Source of the DNA: a virus
Lineage: Duplodnaviria > Caudoviricetes
Length of the DNA stretch: 38,409 nt
Virus record (IMG/VR): IMGVR_UViG_3300022181_000144
Location: 1 to 38,409 of that record
Strand: one strand, 5' to 3'
Made by a program: the position numbers and the translations under genes. Positions 16,245-26,152 of this stretch are shown here, in pieces. Positions within the stretch are counted from its first letter, which is position 1. Every line of letters begins with the position of its first letter. Under the pieces are notes generated by a model, which made no database searches, was not told the origin of the DNA, and saw nothing but the letters and a program-made list of their open reading frames with translations.

Positions 16245-18896
16245 TTCGACTTTCTGGCTCTGTGTCATCTTAATCCACGCAGCGGCTTCCGTCAACTCAA
16301 AAACAGTTCCGCTGCTAATTTGTTCGAGCCACGGCTCCACACTGACGCCATCCACCTGGACATTCGCGACAGCCTCTGCCGGGTTTTCCGTCATGGTGAA
16401 CTGGCCGACCGCTTTCTCCCCGGTGGACTTCACCGAACTGCCGTGTCGGTAGATTCCCGCGTACACCTGATTGTTGGGGTTGCCGGTGAACCCGGTCGTT
16501 CCCACAAACTGGGTCTGCATTCCGAACATGACCCACCGTTGCCATGCGCCTTCCACCACCCTGGCGTCATTGTCCCGCACCCTGGGGAACCGCACCCCCC
16601 ACACCACCGGACTGATCGCGTAGGTGTCCCCCACCGCAGGCTTCACCGTTACGGTGCTGAAACTCAGCGTCGTGCCGTTGACATTCGTAATGACACGGCA
16701 CTGGCCCCGCAAGACGCCGCTGGTAAAGTAGACCAATGCTCCCAGCATCGAAGCCCCGAAAGTTGCAGCTGTGTCCGACAGGCTGGTCGTGGTCGAGCTT
16801 GTGACGGTTCCATTGAGCGTCAGGGAAGAAGAAAGGTCCCACATGGTTCCACTGCCCAGCATCCGGTTGTCAGGGTACACCACCTTGCCCTTGACCGTCA
16901 CAAAATACGACCGCCATCCGTGACCGGAAAGAACGTCCAACCCATCCCCGGCGGCGGCGAAGTTGGCCCCCTGAAGCATTCCCACCCCCTGGGTGCCGTG
17001 GAATACGCAAAGGATCTCCCGCGTCAACGGCTGAAGGAAATAGGAAGTGTTCATCACCGAGTCAAATCCACTGGTCACAGAGGATAGAATCCCGGCCCAA
17101 CTATGGAGCAACACTCGATCCGCCGCCGAAATCTGTCCCATATTCCCGTCATTGCCGTTCAACAGCACCAAGCCCCCCTCGGTAGCCATACAGATACTGT
17201 TGCCCACGGCATGACAACATCCTTGACCGGGGATTCCCCGCCCCCGGTGCAGGTCCACATACTGGAGGGTGTCCACACTGGCCTTGTACACATGGGTGAC
17301 TCCCGTCTGACACATGGCAAAAAGAGCGTCCCCCGCCTGGATCAACCGCCGGATTCGCCCCAACGCCGCACTGCCCCTGCGACGGTTGAAGGTGCTGAAG
17401 TACTCCGGACTCTCATGGGCGGCACTGCTATGATGGATGTCCAGGCCCCCGTTCGTGGATACGGCGGACGCCACGTACGTTCGCCCCTGATACCGGGAAA
17501 TGACCCCGGAAGCAGGGGGGGTCGTAATGATGTCCGTCGCCGGGTTGTAGGAATCCGACATAATCAAAGCGTTGTCCTGCATGGTCCCCAGAGAAACCAC
17601 CAGCGAGTTCCAATCGCCTTCCGAAGCGGGGAGATCGAGCGTCTGCTCCCGGTACAGAATCGCCCCCATCGTCGCCAGGACCCCGCCCAGGTTGACGCTG
17701 CGGTACACGTCGATCTTGTCGAACATTTCCGCCACGTCCGTATACGTCGCATCGGTAATGACTTCCGCATTGTCCGGCAAAGACACATTGATTTTGTAGG
17801 ATTCATCCGGCGACCCTTCCAACTCTTCGCCGCCGCCGGTCAGCAACGCGCTGCTGATTTGAAGGTCCGCCGCCCCCGCACCCACTTCCGACACCGACAA
17901 AGCGATCAGATTGCCCTCGACGCCCCTGGTTTTCGCCTCGAACGTCACCGTGGCACTGCCCGCCCTGGCCGACACCTGCGTCTGGCTGGCGTCCCCATTC
18001 ACCGCATCGGACAACGCCGCGCACATTTGCTGGATCGTCGTCAGCCCGGTAATGGAAACCGCCACATTACCAGCCCCGACGCTGGAGTTGCTGTCGGCCT
18101 CATACGTCCGACCGCCCACCGTCACGGTGTCCCCATCCGCAAAGAGACCCGAATGGGCTCCGCCGCTGTTGAAGTAGATGTACCCGGTCGCCTTACTGAG
18201 TTTCAAATAGTTCAGCGTCACCGTCTCCGGGGCACTGATCCCGCTGTAAATTCCCCTTGTCGAATTGAACAGGCGATACGCAATTTGGTAGGTTCCCTTC
18301 CCGGCAAGATAGTAGTTGCTGTCCACCGCGTCGGAAACATAAGACGGGGCCGCAAGCTCCGCAGCGAAGTCCCCCGGCCCCATGTCCACCACCGTCATTT
18401 CCGACCCCGCCGTATCCCAATAGACCGTCTTGCCCGCCTTCTCGCTCACCACGACCAGCAGGAAGTTGTTATAGGCGTCACAGTCCATGTCCACGCTGCT
18501 GGAGATATTGCTGCCGGTTCCATAGATGGGCGTGTAGGCCCATGTCGCCCCGTTATCCACCGTCCAGGCCAATCCCACTTCCTGATCGGACAGGCTCCCA
18601 ATCGCGTCCCAACGCACCAGGAACCCCCGCACCATCGTGGCCGTGCCCGTCTTCAAAAAACACACCGGCTTGATGAAACTGGGGCCTGCATACGCCCCGA
18701 TCCCCGCCAGCCCGGTGACGCCCGCCAGATTCACCGCCGTCTTCATCCCAAAGAACTTGCGGAGACACCCCGCATACCGTCCATCCACACCCACCACTTC
18801 CGGCATCGAGGGCGGCTGGACCTTCGTGGACGGCACACTCTGGTTCATATACGCCCCTTCAATCGGATAGGGGCACAAGTCAATCGTTCGCATCAT
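16242..18896 (-). CDS. Tail hub/nozzle-like structural protein (884 aa)
   Basis: Beta-rich, propeller-like composition; size and position match podovirus tail stabilisation proteins (P22 gp10 / T7 gp12 position). Inference. Confidence 0.6.
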   Translation of the reverse strand: MMRTIDLCPYPIEGAYMNQSVPSTKVQPPSMPEVVGVDGRYAGCLRKFFGMKTAVNLAGVTGLAGIGAYAGPSFIKPVCFLKTGTATMVRGFLVRWDAIGSLSDQEVGLAWTVDNGATWAYTPIYGTGSNISSSVDMDCDAYNNFLLVVVSEKAGKTVYWDTAGSEMTVVDMGPGDFAAELAAPSYVSDAVDSNYYLAGKGTYQIAYRLFNSTRGIYSGISAPETVTLNYLKLSKATGYIYFNSGGAHSGLFADGDTVTVGGRTYEADSNSSVGAGNVAVSITGLTTIQQMCAALSDAVNGDASQTQVSARAGSATVTFEAKTRGVEGNLIALSVSEVGAGAADLQISSALLTGGGEELEGSPDESYKINVSLPDNAEVITDATYTDVAEMFDKIDVYRSVNLGGVLATMGAILYREQTLDLPASEGDWNSLVVSLGTMQDNALIMSDSYNPATDIITTPPASGVISRYQGRTYVASAVSTNGGLDIHHSSAAHESPEYFSTFNRRRGSAALGRIRRLIQAGDALFAMCQTGVTHVYKASVDTLQYVDLHRGRGIPGQGCCHAVGNSICMATEGGLVLLNGNDGNMGQISAADRVLLHSWAGILSSVTSGFDSVMNTSYFLQPLTREILCVFHGTQGVGMLQGANFAAAGDGLDVLSGHGWRSYFVTVKGKVVYPDNRMLGSGTMWDLSSSLTLNGTVTSSTTTSLSDTAATFGASMLGALVYFTSGVLRGQCRVITNVNGTTLSFSTVTVKPAVGDTYAISPVVWGVRFPRVRDNDARVVEGAWQRWVMFGMQTQFVGTTGFTGNPNNQVYAGIYRHGSSVKSTGEKAVGQFTMTENPAEAVANVQVDGVSVEPWLEQISSGTVFELTEAAAWIKMTQSQKVE

Positions 18897-18918
18897 CGCA
18901 TCATTCCTCGATTGTAAC

Positions 18919-18935
18919 TAAGGACCCTGATGTTC
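18919..18935 (+). repeat. Dispersed motif copy 12 (intergenic)
   Basis: Exact 17-mer, followed by CAGGG. Confidence 0.97.
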
Positions 18936-18949
18936 CAGGGAATAGTTGA

Positions 18950-19144
18950 TTATGGCTTGGCGACCACTTGAGTATGTCCATTGGCTACCACTACCTTATG
19001 GGTATCATCTCGAACGCCGGGACCGGGGTCAAATAGAACACCGCACTGATCGTCTTGATCGTTCAAAGCAATATCCCTGCGACTAGCCGTGCAAGTTCTT
19101 AGAATTTCCCCTGTCGATTTATCGTATACAAGGTAGATAATCAC
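18950..19144 (-). CDS. Small fibre-associated protein
   Basis: GTGA overlap with the fibre stop; YLVYDKSTGEILRT start resembles small post-fibre proteins. Confidence 0.6.
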   Translation of the reverse strand: MIIYLVYDKSTGEILRTCTASRRDIALNDQDDQCGVLFDPGPGVRDDTHKVVVANGHTQVVAKP

Positions 19145-22100
19145 CGCAATGCCTCCTGAACCGAAAGAAATCGTTTTTGAACCTTGCCAGAGTAAGAAGC
19201 CCCTTTAACAACAAATGTGTAGGTAAACGTCCCTGACCCTGGTTGATCCAAGAAAGAATAAACTCGGGTTACATAAGTTGTCGTTGCCCCCTGGTTGAAA
19301 GAAAAGAGAACAGTCGATCCTCGTTTCACGGTAATGACAACAGTGTCTACATCGTTAGATTTAATGTCAGCTTGGAACATAATTCGTGCCACGCCGCCAG
19401 AAGAAACAAAATTACTTGCAGTTTGAACCACTGTATCCGATGTAGTAAAAGTCAATTCGCCAGCAGTATACGCACCTTTTGTGCTTGTTGCTGCCCCCTC
19501 AGCAATCTTCTCTGTTTCTACGGCAGCGGTATTCAATTTAGCAGTGGTGATGGCGTTGGCCACGATATGGTCGGCTTCGATGGTGTTGGCCTTGATATGA
19601 CCGGCACCGAGGATCTTGATGAAAGAGGAGGGGTATGCCGTACCGCCCTGGTTGTTGCAGACGATCCACTTACCGTAACCGATGGTTTCGGCCTTGGTGT
19701 TGGTCGCCGTCAGCTGGGTGGGCGTCGCGGAGTTCCAGTAGAGGAACGCCCGGTTGGAGTTACCGGCGGCGACGGTGTAGCTGTTGCCCATGTACTTGAC
19801 TTTGAAGGTCGTCCAGGACACGTATCCGGCAGAAGGAGAGTTGTCTGTAAACGCCCCCTCCCAGCCGTCGTAGGGCATGGGAATCTCCACGTCCTCGAAG
19901 GCATCCACGCCGTCGGTTCCATCCACGCCGTCTGTGCCCTTGATCCGAATGGGCGTCCCCCAAGTGCCGGACGAAGCGGACGCGGCCACCTTCTGGCTCA
20001 TCCAGACCACGCTGGTGGTTGCGTTGGTATGCCAGCCTCCGGAAGTCCCGTCCCCCGTCGGAGTCGCCGGGGGGTTGTTCGCCGCATTATCGTGGTATGT
20101 GATGAAGACGCTCAGTCCGTTTGTGCCGTCGGCCCCGTCTGTGCCGTCACTACCGTCCTGCACCATCAACTCCCAGGCCGTGCCGTTGTAGATGTAGATG
20201 TAGCCGTTATCGGTATCGTAGTACACCCAGTTCACCTGGGGGTTTGCCGGGGGAGTCGCTGATTGACCTTTCCAAACAATGGAAAGCCCGTCTGTTCCTT
20301 TGATCCGAATAGGAGTGCCCCACGTTCCAGTGGATGCGGATGCAGCTACTTTCTGGCTGATCCACACGTCCGCCGACGTGGGCGTCGTATGCCAACCGTC
20401 TGTGGTTCCATCCCCTGTGGGGGTTGAAGGGGGGTTCGTTGCGGCATTCGCATGGTAGGTGATAAAGACGCTCAGGCCGTTGGACCCAGGAGTTCCATTG
20501 ACTCCATCGTCGCCGTCCTGCACCATGAGTTCCCAGGCCAACCCGGTCCAGATGTAGACGTACCCATTGTCCGTATCCTTGTAAGCCCAGTTCACCTGCG
20601 GGTTCGCAGGAGGATCGGCGGATTCCCCCTTCCAAACAATCGAGAGACCGTCCTGCCCCTTGATCCTGATGGGAGTCCCCCAGGTCCCCGAAGACGCATC
20701 GGCCGCGACTTTCTGGCTGATCCAGATGGAAGAGGAAGACGGGGTCGTGTACCACCCCCCGGTTGTACCGTCTCCGGTGGGCGTCGCAGGGGGCGTGCCG
20801 GGAGGGTTATTGTGATAGACGATGTACACCCCATGCCCATCGGTTCCATCCACTCCATCGTCCCCGTCCATCGTCAGGAGATCCCAGTCGTCTCCATCGT
20901 AGATGTAGATTCTCCCGTTATCGGTGTCTCGGTATACCCAGTTGATTTGCGGATTCGCAGGAGGAGAAGCCAAGTCTCCTTTCCAGACAATCGACAACCC
21001 ATCCTGGCCTTTAATCCGAATCGGGACCCCCCACGCCCCATCCTCTGTGCCAACGCCATCATTGTACAGAGCAGCAATCTCAGTTTCCGACAAAGCTCGA
21101 TTGTAGAGACGAACATCATCAAGAGCCCCATTACAGTAGCTTGTGGTATACCGCCCAATCAACAGGTCCGCAGTCGGGGAAATAGCCCCGGAAACCGCAG
21201 TATAATCCATAGGAGCCTGCTGCACGCCATCCACGTAAAGATACGTTGAACTGGTCCGATTAAACACAAACACAAGATGATGCCAATTCCCGTCACGAAC
21301 ATTAACCCCTGGAGTCACCAGTAAGTTTCCAATGGTTGTGCCGTCATGGACATAAAGCCCAATGCGACTGTCGTTATTAAGATACCAGTCAATCGCGACT
21401 GTTGCCCGTTTCGCCAGAATACGCTGGGAAACTCCCGTTGCCGATGTTTTCACCCAGGCACTCCCGGAAAAAGCACCCGTCCCTGGGTTAAGGCTTGCAT
21501 GATGAGGCACTGTGATAAAATCACTAGACCCATTGAAAGCCAAAGCAGACCCTATCTTACCTGCCGCTGTCAAAGCAGCCGTATTCTGCTGAGAAGTGCC
21601 GTGGCGAGCATTGCCGCTGGAGTCCAATACGGTCGTACTCGCCGCGTTATCGTTCAGTTTCCAATGACCCAACAGCCCCGTACTCAGGGAAGAAGGAAGG
21701 TTTGGCGACGCAATCCGCTGGCTGATCCACACCGCGTCGGAGGTAGGTGTCACATGCCAGCCATCGCTGATTCCATCCCCCGTCGGCAGAGACGGCGGGC
21801 TCGAAGCAGGGTTGTCATGGTACGTGATGAACACGCTGAGGCCGTCTTCGCCTGTCGTCCCCGCCGGGCCGTCGCTGCCGTCCTGAGCCATGACATCCCA
21901 GTCATCCCCATCCCAAATATAGATCACTCCGTTGTCGGTGTCCTTGTAAGCCCAATTGACTTCGGGGTTCGCGGGAGGCGACGCAAGCTCTCCCTTCCAC
22001 ACAATGGACAGACCATCCTGGCCTTTGATACGGATGGGGGCTCCCCAGTTTCCAGCAGAAGCCGAAGACGCCACCTTCTGACTGATCCACACCGCATCCG

Positions 22101-24486
22101 CCGTAGCCAGCGTGTGCCACCCATTTGTGGTTCCGTCTCCTGTGGGGGTGGCCGGGGGACTGCCTGCGGGGTTGTCATGGTACGTGATGAAGACACTCAG
22201 GCCATCGGTGCCATCCGTGCCGTCCACGCCATCGTCCCCATCCAGCGTCATCAAATCCCAATCGTCGCCGTCCCAAATGTAAATGCGACCGTTATCCGTA
22301 TCCCGGTATACCCAGTTCACTTCAGGATCGGCAGGGGGCGTCGCGGAATCACCCTTCCACGTAATGGACAGGCCGTCCTGGGCTTGGACTCGAACCGGTT
22401 GACCCCATGCTCCCTCCTCCGTGCCGTGCCCTCCGTTATACAGGGCCAGGGCCTCGGTGTCCGTCAGCACACGGCTATAGATTCGCACGTCATCCAACGC
22501 CGAATTGCAGTAATCAAACGGAGCATTCACTCTCCAGTTGCCGATGGCCAGCACATCCGTCTTGGCGTTGGGGTTCACCCGCACCGCCTCAGTCAATGTC
22601 GCGTCCACGCCATTGATGTAGATTTTGCGGCTGGACGAACTGAAATGGCAGATGACATGCGCCCATTCTCCAACAGGGAGAGCGGAACTGTAGGAGTAAC
22701 GCGGAGTCGTCCCGGCATCCACATACGATGCAACCGTCCCGGTGCCGGAAAGAAACACCGACCAACCATACCCTTTACCGATAATGTGGTTGGAACCCGT
22801 TGCAGAGCGTTTGATCCAGAAGGCCACGGACCCACCGCCGGAAATGCTCAGACTCGCATGATGTGCGACCTCAATATCCTTCTGGTTGACCGCAACAAAC
22901 TGGAACGCCCCCCGGACCTTTCCCGGCGTAGCAAACGTATTGGTGTTGGCGGTCGCGACACCGTGCCTGCCGTTCCCGGAGGAGTCCAGGACCGTGGTGT
23001 TCGCCGCGTTCTCGTCGAGCTTCCAATGCCCCACAAGACCCGTACTCAGGTCCACCGCAGAGTCCTGACGGGCCACCCGCACGCTCATCCATACGGTCGC
23101 GGAAGTCAGATTCCGATGCCATCCGTCGGAGGTTCCATCCCCCACAGGCTGGGCAGGGGGGGACGACACCGGATTATCATGGTACGTCACTTCCATCCCG
23201 GCACCGATCAAGCCATTGATGCCGTTGATGCCGTCCACGGTCATCTGGAACCATGCGCCCTCCTGGTACACATAGCTCTTCTTGTCCGTGGTGTTGTAAT
23301 ACGCCCACCCATTGACCGGATTGGAGGGATGCGACGCCGCCGCATTTTGCCACACGATAGACGCACCGTCCGCCCCATCCACTCCGTCGGCCCCGTCCGC
23401 CCCGTCAATTCCATCAACTGTCATTTGGTACCAGTTTCCATCCTGGTACACATAACTCTTGCGATCCGTCGTATTGTAATAGGCCCACCCGTTCTGAGGA
23501 TTGGCCGGGGGGGTCGCCGACGAGTCTTTCCACACGATGGACACACCGTCCTGGCCATTCACCCCATCGGCTCCGTTGACGCCGTCAATTCCATCCACCG
23601 TCATCTGATACCAGGAACCATCCTGATACACATAGCTCTTCTTGTCGGAAGAGTTGTAGTACGCCCAACCGTGTTCAGGATTCGCAGGGTGGGATGCATA
23701 CGTTCCCTTCCACACGATGGAACGGCCATCGGTTCCATCCACACCCGCCGCCCCGTTCGTTCCATTCGCCCCATCCACCGTCATCTGGTACCATGTGCCG
23801 CTCTGGTACACGTAACTCTTCTTGTCCGTGGAATTGTAATACGCCCACCCATTCTGGGGATTCGCAGGATGACTCGCGAAGGTTCCCTTCCAAGTGATCG
23901 AGACTCCGTCGGCCCCCGCAACCCCGTCGGCCCCATCCACTCCGTCCAACCCATCCACCGTCATCTGGTACCACGCGCCGTCATGGTACACAAAACTCTT
24001 CCGCAACACCGAGTTGTAATAGGCCCATCCCTCCTGCGGGTCCGCAGGATGCTCCGTGTACGACCCCATCCACATAATCGACGTACCGTTCTGGCCATCC
24101 ACTCCGTCCGCACCATCGGCCCCAGGAACCGGCACAAAGGTCACGCCCCCCGATCCAAAGTGGAATACCGCCCCCGCAGGCCCCGGTGCTCCCGGTGCCC
24201 CCTGAACCACCTGGGCCGGAACCAACGCCGCCGCCTTGAGGTACGACGACAGCGGGCTGATGATGGACGAAAGGTCCTGGGCCACCGCCTGAACCGTACC
24301 ATCCGACACCACCTTGACGGAGTTCGCCGCGATGGTCGCCCGGTTCAGCAATGCCGCTCCGCCCCAGGGCACTTTGTACCCGTTCAACTGCATGGGCTGC
24401 GACCCATCCATATTCGGGAGGTACTGCCCCTGCAATGCCGGAGACGGCATCTTTGCCCCAACGCCCTCGGTAAACAGATCAGCCAT
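19141..24486 (-). CDS. Large tail fibre / receptor-binding protein with tandem repeats, short collagen-like linkers and two LamG (concanavalin A-like) domains
   Basis: GxDGxDG linkers; repeated SIxWKG...WxY and TYHDN...GDGT..GW units; two GLxGHWKL...WxHxV..F...YxxG...IG...LDDVRxYxRxL domains. Confidence 0.8.
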   Translation of the reverse strand: MADLFTEGVGAKMPSPALQGQYLPNMDGSQPMQLNGYKVPWGGAALLNRATIAANSVKVVSDGTVQAVAQDLSSIISPLSSYLKAAALVPAQVVQGAPGAPGPAGAVFHFGSGGVTFVPVPGADGADGVDGQNGTSIMWMGSYTEHPADPQEGWAYYNSVLRKSFVYHDGAWYQMTVDGLDGVDGADGVAGADGVSITWKGTFASHPANPQNGWAYYNSTDKKSYVYQSGTWYQMTVDGANGTNGAAGVDGTDGRSIVWKGTYASHPANPEHGWAYYNSSDKKSYVYQDGSWYQMTVDGIDGVNGADGVNGQDGVSIVWKDSSATPPANPQNGWAYYNTTDRKSYVYQDGNWYQMTVDGIDGADGADGVDGADGASIVWQNAAASHPSNPVNGWAYYNTTDKKSYVYQEGAWFQMTVDGINGINGLIGAGMEVTYHDNPVSSPPAQPVGDGTSDGWHRNLTSATVWMSVRVARQDSAVDLSTGLVGHWKLDENAANTTVLDSSGNGRHGVATANTNTFATPGKVRGAFQFVAVNQKDIEVAHHASLSISGGGSVAFWIKRSATGSNHIIGKGYGWSVFLSGTGTVASYVDAGTTPRYSYSSALPVGEWAHVICHFSSSSRKIYINGVDATLTEAVRVNPNAKTDVLAIGNWRVNAPFDYCNSALDDVRIYSRVLTDTEALALYNGGHGTEEGAWGQPVRVQAQDGLSITWKGDSATPPADPEVNWVYRDTDNGRIYIWDGDDWDLMTLDGDDGVDGTDGTDGLSVFITYHDNPAGSPPATPTGDGTTNGWHTLATADAVWISQKVASSASAGNWGAPIRIKGQDGLSIVWKGELASPPANPEVNWAYKDTDNGVIYIWDGDDWDVMAQDGSDGPAGTTGEDGLSVFITYHDNPASSPPSLPTGDGISDGWHVTPTSDAVWISQRIASPNLPSSLSTGLLGHWKLNDNAASTTVLDSSGNARHGTSQQNTAALTAAGKIGSALAFNGSSDFITVPHHASLNPGTGAFSGSAWVKTSATGVSQRILAKRATVAIDWYLNNDSRIGLYVHDGTTIGNLLVTPGVNVRDGNWHHLVFVFNRTSSTYLYVDGVQQAPMDYTAVSGAISPTADLLIGRYTTSYCNGALDDVRLYNRALSETEIAALYNDGVGTEDGAWGVPIRIKGQDGLSIVWKGDLASPPANPQINWVYRDTDNGRIYIYDGDDWDLLTMDGDDGVDGTDGHGVYIVYHNNPPGTPPATPTGDGTTGGWYTTPSSSSIWISQKVAADASSGTWGTPIRIKGQDGLSIVWKGESADPPANPQVNWAYKDTDNGYVYIWTGLAWELMVQDGDDGVNGTPGSNGLSVFITYHANAATNPPSTPTGDGTTDGWHTTPTSADVWISQKVAASASTGTWGTPIRIKGTDGLSIVWKGQSATPPANPQVNWVYYDTDNGYIYIYNGTAWELMVQDGSDGTDGADGTNGLSVFITYHDNAANNPPATPTGDGTSGGWHTNATTSVVWMSQKVAASASSGTWGTPIRIKGTDGVDGTDGVDAFEDVEIPMPYDGWEGAFTDNSPSAGYVSWTTFKVKYMGNSYTVAAGNSNRAFLYWNSATPTQLTATNTKAETIGYGKWIVCNNQGGTAYPSSFIKILGAGHIKANTIEADHIVANAITTAKLNTAAVETEKIAEGAATSTKGAYTAGELTFTTSDTVVQTASNFVSSGGVARIMFQADIKSNDVDTVVITVKRGSTVLFSFNQGATTTYVTRVYSFLDQPGSGTFTYTFVVKGASYSGKVQKRFLSVQEALR

Positions 24487-24490
24487 AATT

Positions 24491-24507
24491 TAAGGACCCT
24501 GATGTTC
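24491..24507 (+). repeat. Dispersed motif copy 13 (intergenic)
   Basis: Exact 17-mer filling most of the 25-nt gap between the adaptor and fibre genes. Confidence 0.97.
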
Positions 24508-24511
24508 CGGG

Positions 24512-25420
24512 TTAGCGACCACGGAAACGGCGGTTGTTGAAGTTGTCGGCAGAAGCGTTCGGGGCATTCTGAAGGTCGCTGTAGAATGCCGCCAGTTGGA
24601 CGCTGCGGAGTGCGTCCCAGTAGGCCCGCCTGAGCATGTTGCTCCGGGTGACGGACCCTTCGACCAAGGCCACGCGGTACGCGGCGAACATCGGAATCAC
24701 CTGATCCATGAGGATCGGGATGGCCGGAGCGATCTCGAATACGGTTTCCCCGGTCGTCTCCGCATAGTTGGGGCTCAGGGGCGTCTCCAAGGTCAGAACC
24801 CCAGTCGCGGGATCATGGCTTTGGATCGTCGCCTCCTGCCCGAAGTTGAAGTCGTCATCGGTGTCCCCCAGGATTCGCAGGGTACATCCCGCGTAAGCAT
24901 TCTGCCGGGTGTCGAGAACGCCCTGGTGAATGTCCTCTGCCGCAATGGTCACGGTGACGGCGTCGGCGTCCACTTCACAGACCCCGTTGCACAGGCGGGG
25001 GGCGTTGGGCGTATACTCCACTTTCAGTTCGGCCCCTGCCCCCAGAACGCCCGGCTGAACATGGATGGTGCGACCTTCCAGCCACACCCCGCGTCCGCAG
25101 GGGTTCAACCGGCCGTAACTACGGTAAAAGACGCGATAGCCCCCGGAAGTACCGGTATAAATCGCCAAGACCATGCCAACCGTAGGGGGTAAAATGTACG
25201 CTTCGACTCCGTCCACAATGGGCACGGTATACCGAGCGACGACTTGGTTGACGGAGATCCGGTTCAGGTCGCCCAGGATCAGGGAGTATGCCTCCTCCAG
25301 CTTCTTGATGATCCGGGCGTCGGAGTACTTGGCGTTGACCGACGGCTCATCCGTCTGCTCCCGGAAATCGGCGATTGCCCGCGTCAAAAAACTCTCGGTA
25401 TAGTACAGGTCATCGGCCAT
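24512..25420 (-). CDS. Head-tail adaptor-like protein
   Basis: Helix-beta-helix organisation (R..TDE....YSD..I...L..A at the N-terminus, helical C-terminus) and position. Confidence 0.6.
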   Translation of the reverse strand: MADDLYYTESFLTRAIADFREQTDEPSVNAKYSDARIIKKLEEAYSLILGDLNRISVNQVVARYTVPIVDGVEAYILPPTVGMVLAIYTGTSGGYRVFYRSYGRLNPCGRGVWLEGRTIHVQPGVLGAGAELKVEYTPNAPRLCNGVCEVDADAVTVTIAAEDIHQGVLDTRQNAYAGCTLRILGDTDDDFNFGQEATIQSHDPATGVLTLETPLSPNYAETTGETVFEIAPAIPILMDQVIPMFAAYRVALVEGSVTRSNMLRRAYWDALRSVQLAAFYSDLQNAPNASADNFNNRRFRGR

Positions 25421-25670
25421 AACGATCCAACACTTTCTCCAGCTTGGTGTTCATGGACGTGGTGTTTTCATTGAAGTGCCGCATTTCCACCAGCAACTCG
25501 CCCTGTGTCTTGTCGAGTTTGTGGAGCCCCTCTTGCAGCAGCTTGATACACGTATCCTGCTTGTCCGTCTTGAGCTTCAACTCCTGGATCTGGTTACTCT
25601 GCCAGCCCGCCGCGTACACAATCGACCCGGCGGCGAGCAGCAACGGTAAAACTTTTTCGATGTATTTCAT
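25410..25670 (-). CDS. Small protein with N-terminal TM helix and coiled coil
   Basis: VLPLLLAAGSIVYAAGW followed by heptad repeats; overlaps both neighbours. Confidence 0.6.
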   Translation of the reverse strand: MKYIEKVLPLLLAAGSIVYAAGWQSNQIQELKLKTDKQDTCIKLLQEGLHKLDKTQGELLVEMRHFNENTTSMNTKLEKVLDRYGR

Positions 25671-26080
25671 ACCTCTCTCCGCACATGCACCTGAATCTTC
25701 GGTGCCTGCCGATGCCGTAAATAATCCGCTTCCGCGTCATTGACATCCTGGAGTTTCCGAAGCCGCTGCATGTACTCTTCCCGCGAAGCCTGCGACAGAG
25801 ATTCCCCCGTCATCGGCTCCCCGAACAACCTCCGCAGGTGCAGAGCATCGTCCAGCCCGAAATTCAGAAGAGAACGCCCCATGTTCACCACGTCATGGAA
25901 CGCATTCTTCCGCCCGTCGGTCCACAGCCCCACAACGAACGTACCGTTCTCCAGGCTGAAATACACGAACAGGCGGGGTCCCTCCTTGCGGCGGGCAAAA
26001 GTACGCCGCAACCAGGACTCCAAGGGGGGATGCACGAGGATGTGCTTGTCTTTCCGGTAAGGACACGCAACTCCGATCAC
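25667..26080 (-). CDS. Hypothetical protein
   Basis: RBS AAAGGAG with GTG start; ATGA overlap with the next gene. Confidence 0.6.
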   Translation of the reverse strand: MIGVACPYRKDKHILVHPPLESWLRRTFARRKEGPRLFVYFSLENGTFVVGLWTDGRKNAFHDVVNMGRSLLNFGLDDALHLRRLFGEPMTGESLSQASREEYMQRLRKLQDVNDAEADYLRHRQAPKIQVHVRREV

Positions 26081-26093
26081 ACCAGTCTCCTTT

Positions 26094-26127
26094 AAGAAAA
26101 GGGGGGAGCCATAGCCTGACTCCCCCC
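26094..26127 (-). terminator. Intrinsic terminator after the capsid/decoration genes
   Basis: Minus strand reads GGGGGGAGTC...GGCTCCCCCC followed by TTTTCTT. Confidence 0.7.
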
Positions 26128-26152
26128 ATATGCCTCTTCACTGTCCGTCCGA

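Noticed and set aside
19141-24486. Diversity-generating retroelement acting on the fibre
   Set aside because: No reverse transcriptase, and the repeats are in-frame protein repeats that do not differ specifically at adenines.
21346-24540. 1064-aa plus-strand ORF, and similar long antisense ORFs at 17103-18917, 26974-28851 and 30233-31489
   Set aside because: Shadow frames of GC-rich minus-strand genes; Arg/His/Pro-rich translations without motifs.
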